A stretch of DNA of 64,000 nt from an uncultured Acidobacteriota bacterium (GTDB lineage: Bacteria > Acidobacteriota > Blastocatellia > RBC074), in assembly GCA_963796275.1 (NCBI GenBank), contig CAWCKY010000002.1, positions 608,001-672,000 of the forward strand, read 5' to 3'. Numbering within the stretch: the first letter of the stretch is position 1; every line of letters begins with the position of its first letter. Below are positions 55,297-64,000 of the stretch, piece by piece. The position numbers were made by a program, and so were the translations under genes. Under the pieces are notes generated by a model. It had not been told where the DNA came from, ran no database searches, and saw only the letters and a list, made by a program, of their open reading frames with translations.

Positions 55297-56742
55297 TCAG
55301 TCTCCATACTGCGGAACCGGGGTCGCTCCGATCGGGGCCTTTCCATTCGCATGTTCTTCGACTCGCTGCTCGTCCACTTTCGATTCGGGCAAGAGCGCCT
55401 TCATCTCGAAGATCGGGATCATTGGCACAAACCTGATGAAAAGGAACATACAGGTCAGGAAGAATCCGATCGTGCCGAAGAACATAGTGAAGTCGAAGAT
55501 CGTCGGGCGATACATATACCAGGCTGACGGCGTGAAGTCCCGATTGAGGCTCATCACGATAATCACGAAACGTTCGAGCCACATGCCGGCGTTGATGACC
55601 ATCGAGATGAGGAATATGACCGTCAGATTATCGCGCATCTTCTTCCACCACAATAACTGTGGTATTACGATATTGAAGAGGATGAGCAGCCAGTACATAT
55701 AACCGTACGGACCGAACATGCGGTTCTTCATCATGAACATTTCGAAAGTATTCGCGCTATACCACGACATGAAGAGCTCCATCAGGTAGCCATAACCCAC
55801 GATCAATCCGGTCGCCAGCATCACTTTGCAGCAATTGCGGATGTGACGGAGCGTGATGAAGTCTTCGAGGCCGTAATACTTGCGCACCGGAATCGCGAGC
55901 GTCAGCACCATCGCGAACCCTGCGTAGATAGCGCCGGCGACGAAGTATGGCGGAAATATCGTCGCATGCCAGCCCGGAACGATGCCCGTTGCGAAGTCGA
56001 ATGACACCACCGAGTGCACCGAGAGCACGAGCGGCGTCGAAAGACCGGCGAGCAACAGATAGGCCGTTTCGTACCGGTGCCAGTGACGCGCATCGCCGCG
56101 CCACCCCATCCCCAGCATACCGAAGACTATCTTCTGCCACTTATGCTTCGCCGTATCGCGCAGGGTGGCGAAGTCGGGGATCAACCCCATAAACCAGAAC
56201 AGGATCGAGACGGTGAAGTAGGTCGAGACCGCAAAGACGTCCCACATCAGCGGGCTGCGGAAATTCGGCCAAACTCCCATCGTGTTCGGAATAGGGAAGA
56301 GCCAGTAATCGACCCACGGGCGGCCGGTGTGCAAGGCCGGAAAGAGGCCGGCGCAAGCGACCGCGAAGAGCGTCATCGCTTCCGCGAAACGGTTGATCGA
56401 GTTGCGCCACGACTGCCTCAACAACAGAAGGATCGCCGAGATCAGCGTGCCCGCGTGGCCGATTCCGATCCACCAGACGAAATTGATGATGTCGAACGCC
56501 CAGCCGACTGGAATGTTGTTGCCCCAGATCCCCACCCCTTTCAACACCAGATATCCGATAGTGTTGAAGAGCATGAGCGATCCCAGGAAGACGATGGCGA
56601 ATCCGAAAATCCACCCCTTCTTGAATCCGCGCATCAGAACGATGTCGGCGATTTTTTGTGTGATCGAACTGAAATCATGCCCGGGCCCTACAACCGGTGG
56701 GCGCGGATCGACGTAACCGCTTTTCTTTACTGCATCAGCCAT
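55297..56742 (-). CDS. actC: Alternative complex III subunit ActC (NrfD/PsrC family)
   Basis: FVWWIGIGHAGTLISAIL, HTGRPW, SPLMWDVFAVSTY, VHSVVSFDFA, WLERF; AGGAGAGG RBS. Confidence 0.93.
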   Translation of the reverse strand: MADAVKKSGYVDPRPPVVGPGHDFSSITQKIADIVLMRGFKKGWIFGFAIVFLGSLMLFNTIGYLVLKGVGIWGNNIPVGWAFDIINFVWWIGIGHAGTLISAILLLLRQSWRNSINRFAEAMTLFAVACAGLFPALHTGRPWVDYWLFPIPNTMGVWPNFRSPLMWDVFAVSTYFTVSILFWFMGLIPDFATLRDTAKHKWQKIVFGMLGMGWRGDARHWHRYETAYLLLAGLSTPLVLSVHSVVSFDFATGIVPGWHATIFPPYFVAGAIYAGFAMVLTLAIPVRKYYGLEDFITLRHIRNCCKVMLATGLIVGYGYLMELFMSWYSANTFEMFMMKNRMFGPYGYMYWLLILFNIVIPQLLWWKKMRDNLTVIFLISMVINAGMWLERFVIIVMSLNRDFTPSAWYMYRPTIFDFTMFFGTIGFFLTCMFLFIRFVPMIPIFEMKALLPESKVDEQRVEEHANGKAPIGATPVPQYGD

Positions 56743-59700
56743 GCTTAACCTCTCCTGACTCCTGGCCATCGCCTCTCATTCCGTGACTGCGGCCTCCGCC
56801 GCCCAGCTCACCATTGGGGTTCGTGATCGACGCCAGGTAGCTCGACCGCGGACGTGTGTTGAGGTCCGCGAGCAGATCGTAATTTCTCGGCTCTTTCTTC
56901 AGCTTCGCAACGCGGCTCTGTTCATCATTTATATCTCCGAAGATGATCGCTTCGGTCGGACACGCCGACTGGCAAGCCGTAAGTATCTCGCCATCCCTTA
57001 CTTTCCGGTCCTGCTTCTCGGCTTCTATCTTCGCGTTCATGATTCGCTGCACGCAGAAGGTGCACTTCTCCATCACTCCGCGGCTGCGGACGGTGACTTC
57101 GGGATTACGCACGTTCTTGAGTGATGGCGTATCCCAGTCGCCGTAGAGAAGATAATTGAACCGCCGGACTTTGTACGGACAGTTGTTCGAACAGTACCGC
57201 GTCCCCACGCAGCGGTTGTAAACCTGTACGTTTAAACCTTCTGCATCGTGAACCGTCGCATTGACCGGACAGACGACCTCACACGGGGCATTCTCACAGT
57301 GCTGGCACATCATCGGTTGAAAATAGACTTCAGGGTTGACCGTGTCGCCCTTGAAGTAAGTGTCGATGCGCAGCCAGTGCATTATTCGCCCTTTACCGAC
57401 CATCTCCTTCCCGACGACCGCGATATTGTTCTCTGACTGGCAGGAGACGACGCACGCATTGCAGCCGATGCACGCGTTCATGTCTATCGTCATGCCCCAC
57501 GCGTAGCCCTTATATTCCCAGGGAGGATACATCGTCGTCTCGTCGTGGGGCACATGCGCACCGTGATGGACTGCGCGCGGGTCTTTCTTGTATTCCTCCA
57601 GAGTCGACGTGCGAACGATATGCCGATCAGCCAGATCGGTTTTACCCTCCATGAACGCGTCACTCCCTACCCCGGTTATATTGCTCGTCTCGATATTGAA
57701 ATGTTCTTGCGTCGATGCGAGTTGATAGCTTCCCCCGCCGACTTCGAAGGCGACTCCCTGGGTCGAAATCCAGGGTGCGCTTGCCGCGCGGATATCGTAA
57801 GTAGCGAATCCAATATCGTTTCCGACATTGCCCGCGCGTTTGCGCCCGTAACCCAGATAGACCGTCACCGTGCCGTCCGGATGACCGGGTTGTACCAGTG
57901 CCGGAATCGTGAGCTCTTTGCCGTTGTTTTTTAACTTGATCAACTTGGCGTTCGCCTGATACGGCTCTTCGTTAGGCGCGAGACCCAAACCATAGGCCGT
58001 CCTCGAGCTGATGATCGCGAAGTTATCCCAGGTTATCTTGTTGAGAGGTTTGGGCAATTCCTGCAGCCAGGGATTGTTGGCGAACCGCCCATCGTGGAGA
58101 TTCGGGTCGAGCCGAAAGACGATTTCGTATTCACCCGTCGGTACGGGTTTGAGGGACGAGGCCCAGTCCGGTTTGAGCGCCAGGGTACTGGGCGGCAACG
58201 CGCTATTGGCTACGATGCCATCATTGAGCGACTGTCTCCAGGCCTGCTCGAAATTGGCCCCAAGCTGCGTCTTCCAGTAATCCTGCACGATGTCATAACT
58301 GGTTTTACCCGCCTGGTCTGACATTGCGGCGAGCAACTCGTGCGGCGATTTGCCCGAATAGAGAGGGATGATCAAGGGTTGAACGATCGAAACCGTCCCA
58401 TCATAAGCGCGCGCATCGCTCCACGATTCGAGGTAATGCAATCCGGCTACGTGCCATTGGCAGTTCGCGCCGGTCTCATCATTGTAGAGCCCCAAATGAA
58501 TGCGCAGCCCGACCTTCTGCATAGCCTCGAGGAAGGTCACATCCTGGCCCGTCTTCTCGTCCTTGAACAGCGGCGCGTTGTAAACCGGGTTGGCCCCGAT
58601 GATCACTAGCATATCGACTCTCGCCGATGTCTTCTCATTCGGCAGCGTCGTGTTCATATCCGCGACCAGATCGGCGATCGATGCGACCTGATCGACAGGA
58701 TTGGCCTCGATCGGATCGGTAATAACCACCGTCTCCCCGATATTGCCGAGAGCATTATTGATCGCGTGGGCGATCGCGTGGACGGAAGCCGGCTGGTGTT
58801 CGCCGGCGATCACGATGCTCTTGCCGCGATGAACCCTTAAGTCTTTGGCAACTGCGTCGACGAACTTCTCTGCTTTCAGGTTTCCGGAAGCAGGAACCTG
58901 AACTCCGATGGCATTGGCGAGCGCGCGCACAAACGAATCGACATCGCTCGCCTTAACGGGCAGCCGGTGATCCGCTTTTGCGCCAGTCGTCGTCAGCGTG
59001 CTTTCGACGACGTAGAGCCGGTTCATCTCGTTCGAGCCATCAACGAGCCTCCGCTTGCCGATGAAGTCGCGGGCGTAACGGACGCTGCCCGGCCCATTGG
59101 TGAGAAAATCGGCGTCGAGTGAAAGGACGACGTCGGCCTTGTCGAACCGGTAAACGGTGTTGACAAATTGGCCATATGCCATCTGGGCGCCCATCCGCGC
59201 CCCGTCGCGGTTCGCGGGTTCGTAGACGTGCCACTTAGCTTGCGGGAATTCGGCCAGCAGCTTCTTCATCTGGTCGGCGAAGGTCGGCGATGTAATCGTC
59301 TCGGTCAATATGCGCAACCCAGCTCCCTGCTTGCTGCGCTGGCCGTCCATCGCCCCTCGCAAGACGCTGAGTAATTCGCCCCATGTGCGCGGATCGCCGA
59401 TATACAGCGTCGACTGCGAACGGTCCGGATCGTAAAGTTCGAGCACGGATGCCTGCTCATAGACGGTCGTCCCGCCCTTGCTGCCGGGGTGATCGACGTT
59501 CCCTTCGATCTTCGTCGGCCTCCCCTCGTGACTCTCGACGAGCAGTCCGTTGGCCACACCGCCCATCGTCATAGCCGTGGCATAGTATTGAGCCTTGCCC
59601 GGAATCAACCCTTCAGGTGTCCTGACATAGGGAACTATGTGTTCTTTCGGCTGGCGTGTGCAGGCGGTGAGACCGGCGAAGGCGAGGGAGGCGCTCATAA

Positions 59701-59914
59701 GCTTAAGAAAATTGCGTCGTCCGACCGGATCGAGCATTGCCGGATCGGCTTCGGGAGCATTGAGCGCCGGAAACTCGCGATGCAGAAATTCGCGAAATCT
59801 CGCAGTACCGGCCAACTCCTCCAGACTCCGCCAATACTCCTGCCCTTTTCTTATCTTTAACTTTCCCTCGATTTGTATGGGTGCGATATCGTTATTTTGG
59901 TCTTGTTGAGACAT
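56735..59914 (-). CDS. actB: Alternative complex III subunit ActB (molybdopterin-oxidoreductase-like + Fe-S domains, Tat)
   Basis: YWRSLEEL, GRRNFLK, LTAC, GRPTKIEGN, CIGCNAC, CQHCENAPC, CVGTRYC, KCTFC..CQSACP. Confidence 0.93.
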   Translation of the reverse strand: MSQQDQNNDIAPIQIEGKLKIRKGQEYWRSLEELAGTARFREFLHREFPALNAPEADPAMLDPVGRRNFLKLMSASLAFAGLTACTRQPKEHIVPYVRTPEGLIPGKAQYYATAMTMGGVANGLLVESHEGRPTKIEGNVDHPGSKGGTTVYEQASVLELYDPDRSQSTLYIGDPRTWGELLSVLRGAMDGQRSKQGAGLRILTETITSPTFADQMKKLLAEFPQAKWHVYEPANRDGARMGAQMAYGQFVNTVYRFDKADVVLSLDADFLTNGPGSVRYARDFIGKRRLVDGSNEMNRLYVVESTLTTTGAKADHRLPVKASDVDSFVRALANAIGVQVPASGNLKAEKFVDAVAKDLRVHRGKSIVIAGEHQPASVHAIAHAINNALGNIGETVVITDPIEANPVDQVASIADLVADMNTTLPNEKTSARVDMLVIIGANPVYNAPLFKDEKTGQDVTFLEAMQKVGLRIHLGLYNDETGANCQWHVAGLHYLESWSDARAYDGTVSIVQPLIIPLYSGKSPHELLAAMSDQAGKTSYDIVQDYWKTQLGANFEQAWRQSLNDGIVANSALPPSTLALKPDWASSLKPVPTGEYEIVFRLDPNLHDGRFANNPWLQELPKPLNKITWDNFAIISSRTAYGLGLAPNEEPYQANAKLIKLKNNGKELTIPALVQPGHPDGTVTVYLGYGRKRAGNVGNDIGFATYDIRAASAPWISTQGVAFEVGGGSYQLASTQEHFNIETSNITGVGSDAFMEGKTDLADRHIVRTSTLEEYKKDPRAVHHGAHVPHDETTMYPPWEYKGYAWGMTIDMNACIGCNACVVSCQSENNIAVVGKEMVGKGRIMHWLRIDTYFKGDTVNPEVYFQPMMCQHCENAPCEVVCPVNATVHDAEGLNVQVYNRCVGTRYCSNNCPYKVRRFNYLLYGDWDTPSLKNVRNPEVTVRSRGVMEKCTFCVQRIMNAKIEAEKQDRKVRDGEILTACQSACPTEAIIFGDINDEQSRVAKLKKEPRNYDLLADLNTRPRSSYLASITNPNGELGGGGRSHGMRGDGQESGEVKHG

Positions 59915-59922
59915 CTCAATTT

Positions 59923-60030
59923 ACAGTTTTTCAGTTTTCAGTCTTAAGTTTTTAAACGGTTGGATAGGCGCAGTATATTAGAGCAACATGCGCCCAGAAA
60001 ACCGGAAACTTAAAACCGAAAATGAAAACT
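59923..60030. repeat. Degenerate CAGTTTT/AAAACTG-type inverted arrays between actA and actB
   Basis: CAGTTTTTCAGTTTTCAGTCTTAAGTTTT ... GAAAACCGGAAACTTAAAACCGAAAATGAAAACT. Confidence 0.75.
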
Positions 60031-60032
60031 TC

Positions 60033-60722
<690 letters not shown>

Positions 60723-60985
60723 AACTGTATCTCCACTTACCTGACCCGATCCTTGGTTTGATTTTAATACCCTGGGGAGTATGAGAATAATATGTAGTAA
60801 AGCAGGGTAAGACTTAAAAATCGAGAGTTATATCCCTCATCCTTCCCCATGCTCCCCCTGGTTGATTTTTCAACTCAAGACTCGGAGATTCCTAGACTTG
60901 CTTGATCGATCCGAAGCTTGTGAAATTTCGGATTTGTTGAAATGTGGATCATCTATGGAAGAGGGGAAAAAGTCAAGACCTCAAA

Positions 60986-62749
60986 TTAGCTATCTGGACC
61001 TATAGGATTGAAGTTCTGGACACCGCTTCCGATCACCTTTCCCGCTTCGTTCCTGATCTCATAACTATACTGCCCTGTAGCATCTTTTGCGGGGACGAGA
61101 AACGGCACGCTTCCATTCGCGCTCGGGAGCACGGCGATCTTCTCGTCTTGAAAAGTTCCGGCACGGATCGAGACTTTAACATAGCCAATCGCTTGCGAAC
61201 CAGCGATCCCCAGCTCCATCGCAACGCTTTCATTAGTAGACGAAATTTGTCGCGGACTAATTAATAGCTGTCCCGGAGGAATCTCCGAATTGGCATTCTG
61301 AGGTGCGCCGTTGCCATTGCTGTCGCTCGGCACACCGGGAGCTGCCTCCGGCGCCGGCGGCTTTGTGGCGTCGAACGTGCCAGTTACATTGGGCAAGCCC
61401 TGAGGCGAACCACCCGAGACCTCGACGGATGGGCTATTATTACCTCCTGTATCCGTGAGTTTCCAGGTGTTATCGACTGGAGGCGCTCCCCCTTCAAATG
61501 TTTCTGCCTGTTGCTCCGCATCTGCACGATTCGCCGCGATTATGGGTCGCTGCTCTTTGGGTCTCTGGCCGAACGGGACATTACGAATCAACTGGACAGT
61601 CTGCCTCTGGTCATAAACCATCAGCATCAAATCGCCATATGCCCTCTTCACATCATTTATCGGTACAACCTTCTCCTCTTCAGGGTTTAACTCTATCGGC
61701 ACAGGTGCTATGTCATCAGTGTTGTTATCATCGCTGAGCGTGAGACGCGCTACACCGCTGAAGCTCTTCTGCTGATCGAGATTCCGCAGCTTTAACACCA
61801 TCTGCCCATTGTTCATCTCGAGAACGCCGCGCAGCCGCGGTCCTGAGCTCTGTCCTGCATCACTTATCGCCGCCCGGGGGGCCGGTCTGCCCCCTGCTAA
61901 CGGTCTTGTTTCAGCCCTCGAGAGAAAGGACGACATAGAAGGAGTCGATGGCACAGTCGCCAATTGTCTGCTCGTGCGAATCTCCGGCTCGCTATCCTGC
62001 TCTTTATCCTGCTCTTTACGAGTATCGCCGCCGCGCTCGCTTATTAAATTATTGACAGCCTTATTTATGCCGGTATCAACCGCGGTCAGATTGATCGCCA
62101 TATTCACTTTCGGCCTGATGGAACTCATCGCCGCCTGGGTCGACGCTATGACATCGTCCATCGCATTTTTCAACGCGAGGTCGCGACCTGATACCCCTGA
62201 CCGATCAGAATTAGAAGCCGCGCTAATGACTGCCCCTGACGACCCGTTGGTAGGGCTGAGCCCTACTATGGCGGCTTCCGGTTTTATCGAATTTTTCTCC
62301 GTAAGGTTGATCGGGCAATAGGCTCCTATCGGAGTGCTGCGCAGCTCGATCGGCAGGAGCGTTGTCTGCTTCTTTTTGGAGGCTTCCATCATTAATGAGT
62401 ATAACGGCGCCTCATAGGCCGTAATCGAGCAGGTATCGAGCAACCCGGAATCGAGCAGGTTATCGGCAAAGCCGCGAGCCATGTCCAGATTTGCGAATTT
62501 GCCCACCCGTACTCGATAATAATCTCCCAGCTTCGACTGGGTGGTCTTCAACCAGTAGGCGTCTAAACCACGCGCAGCCAATCCATTAACAAGCTCGACG
62601 GCGCAATCTCGCGATGATAAAGCCGCAACCTCTACCGCAAACTCTTTTCCCTGCGAAAACGCATCACACGGCGCGAGGAACATGCTCACAAAGAAAATCG
62701 CCGAGCAAATATAGATATTCCATCCCTTTAGGTTCTTCACTTTATGCAC
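60986..62749 (-). CDS. Exported SPOR-domain protein with uncharacterised C-terminal domains
   Basis: Signal peptide AFS-Q; FAVEVAAL..A..L..L..G.DAY..YYRVRVGKF (SPOR); low-complexity linkers. Confidence 0.7.
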   Translation of the reverse strand: MHKVKNLKGWNIYICSAIFFVSMFLAPCDAFSQGKEFAVEVAALSSRDCAVELVNGLAARGLDAYWLKTTQSKLGDYYRVRVGKFANLDMARGFADNLLDSGLLDTCSITAYEAPLYSLMMEASKKKQTTLLPIELRSTPIGAYCPINLTEKNSIKPEAAIVGLSPTNGSSGAVISAASNSDRSGVSGRDLALKNAMDDVIASTQAAMSSIRPKVNMAINLTAVDTGINKAVNNLISERGGDTRKEQDKEQDSEPEIRTSRQLATVPSTPSMSSFLSRAETRPLAGGRPAPRAAISDAGQSSGPRLRGVLEMNNGQMVLKLRNLDQQKSFSGVARLTLSDDNNTDDIAPVPIELNPEEEKVVPINDVKRAYGDLMLMVYDQRQTVQLIRNVPFGQRPKEQRPIIAANRADAEQQAETFEGGAPPVDNTWKLTDTGGNNSPSVEVSGGSPQGLPNVTGTFDATKPPAPEAAPGVPSDSNGNGAPQNANSEIPPGQLLISPRQISSTNESVAMELGIAGSQAIGYVKVSIRAGTFQDEKIAVLPSANGSVPFLVPAKDATGQYSYEIRNEAGKVIGSGVQNFNPIGPDS

Positions 62750-62884
62750 CTTTGGCGTCTCGAATGTTTCAAGATCGTGAGGGACTATTTGCGGATGGCA
62801 ACGCAGCTTCGGGACAATCGGGGTAACGGAGTAATTTTATCAGCAATTACTATCAGCAATTAACAGCCGATCTGGTCGTTGCTG

Positions 62885-63070
62885 ATGTCTTCTATGTCTT
62901 CTATGTCTTCTATGTCTTCTATGCTCTATCTATCTTCTTACTACTTATATCTTCTTAGTACTTATATCTTTATATTTTCTTTTTCCTGATATTTTCTTTT
63001 TCCTGTCCGATCGATCTATCTTATCTCTTCTTTAGCTGTTCTCTATCTCTTCTCTGTCTTGTCTCTATTT
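62885..63070. repeat. Pyrimidine-rich low-complexity tract with short tandem duplications
   Basis: ATGTCTTCT x4 at 62885-62920; TTCTTA(C/G)TACTTATATC x2; TTTTCTTTTTCCTG x2. Confidence 0.85.
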
Positions 63071-63294
63071 TATGTGATTTTTACTCCAGGGGTCAGTGAG
63101 AAAATCTGTATTCAGATAATAGCAGAACCTTATATTAGTTCTCAATAGCTTTCCTTATTATGAAGATACAAATTCTTGCAGACTTGATCAGGGTTTCCTA
63201 ATGAAATAGAATATTAATTCTCCCTTCCCCAACTCAGCGTTCAAAACAGGCAACGAAATGAAACTTGGAAACAATCAGGAAGGAGATATTAATC

Positions 63295-63570
63295 ATGAGA
63301 GATAGTTTTCTATTTAAAGTGATTCGAACCGGATTACTGCTATTGTCGCTGGCGATACCGCTGGGGATGATAACAGCCGCTCAAACTCCGACCGCGACGC
63401 CTTACACATATTCTCGTACCGAGAGCATCGAGAGAGGCAGTGGGGACAATTGGGGATGGATCGGTTTACTCGGTTTAGCCGGGTTACTCGGATTAATGCG
63501 AAGGCGAGAGAGCCATACCCGCGAGCAGGTTCGAACAGCGGATACAACGGCTGGGAGAAGCAGTTATTAA
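63295..63570 (+). CDS. Small WGxxGxxG-family membrane-anchored protein
   Basis: AAGGAG RBS; signal peptide; WGWIGLLGLAGLLGL followed by RRR. Confidence 0.85.
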   Translation: MRDSFLFKVIRTGLLLLSLAIPLGMITAAQTPTATPYTYSRTESIERGSGDNWGWIGLLGLAGLLGLMRRRESHTREQVRTADTTAGRSSY

Positions 63571-63583
63571 TCCCATTGCGTGA

Positions 63584-63625
63584 ATGCCCGATTATGGCCA
63601 TTGTCCATAATCGGGCATCGCTTTT
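63584..63625. terminator. Hairpin between convergent genes (probable terminator)
   Basis: 14-bp stem ATGCCCGATTATGG / CCATAATCGGGCAT followed by CGCTTTT. Confidence 0.75.
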
Positions 63626-63629
63626 CAGA

Positions 63630-63998
63630 TCAAACTTTCACAATTACCCGGTGCAAACCGGTGGCTCCGGAGGGGAAGCTGCCGGTATAGCTCTCATCCT
63701 GGGCCTTTCCCGAACCGTCTTTCACACGGGCTGTAAGGATCAATTCACCTTTTTTCTGAGGCTGCCACGCATACTCCCAGGTCGACCAGGCATTTGGGAA
63801 GCGCTCGCTCGTTATTTTTGCCTCTTTCCAGGATTTCCCCTCGTCATCGCTTAGTTCAACCATTCCGACAGGTTGGCCACCGCAATAAGCGATCCCTGTA
63901 ACCATCCATTTCCCATCGGTTTGCGAGACTGCCGAATCGACCCGCGCCATCATCCTCACATTGCATTCGCCACACCAACCGCGTTTTTCCCAGTAGCC
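63630..63998 (-). CDS. Sulfite-oxidase-family molybdoenzyme, C-terminal part (5'-truncated by window edge)
   Basis: GYWEKRGW at the edge, then Mo-co dimerisation domain GIAYCGG..VELS.D.GKSW..A..W..W..TARVKDGSG. Confidence 0.85.
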   Translation of the reverse strand, partial: GYWEKRGWCGECNVRMMARVDSAVSQTDGKWMVTGIAYCGGQPVGMVELSDDEGKSWKEAKITSERFPNAWSTWEYAWQPQKKGELILTARVKDGSGKAQDESYTGSFPSGATGLHRVIVKV

Positions 63999-64000
63999 GG

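Noticed and set aside
56735-59914. ActB as a catalytic molybdoenzyme (nitrate/polysulfide reductase)
   Set aside because: Operon context actA-actF and the fused Fe-S domain identify ACIII, whose B subunit is known to lack the cofactor.
60919-60936. TTGTGAA half-site upstream of actA (Rex-like)
   Set aside because: The second half-site TTCACAA is missing.

Overview
A roughly 56-58% GC (visual estimate) bacterial chromosome segment. Gene content (three Oar-type TonB-dependent receptors, a membrane-anchored winged-helix regulator, ACIII-caa3 operon) suggests Acidobacteriota, possibly Blastocatellia; this taxonomy is inference. From left to right: the end of a two-component system; a ~10.5 kb uncharacterised isoprenoid/lipid locus (DegT aminotransferase, CobW-like GTPase, prenyltransferase-barrel protein, DUF116-polyprenyl synthase fusion, DxDD squalene-hopene-cyclase-like enzyme, radical SAM enzyme resembling archaeal GDGT ring synthases, 2x[4Fe-4S] protein, orphan GcvH-like protein); an exported kinase-fold protein facing a Tat phosphoesterase; tandem-duplicated TonB receptors with a divergent membrane regulator; assorted metabolic genes; a His-less, ATPase-less pseudo-kinase next to divergent sigma54-like promoters; moxR/DUF58, a hemC-hemD fusion, an NtrC-type regulator and a GMC dehydrogenase pair; and a complete alternative complex III plus A2-type caa3 oxidase operon with an apparent SCO-CoxII fusion. 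At least five or six single-base frameshifts point to long-read consensus errors. No rRNA, tRNA, CRISPR array or transposase was recognised. The best candidate for an undescribed system is the isoprenoid locus at 1533-12057.
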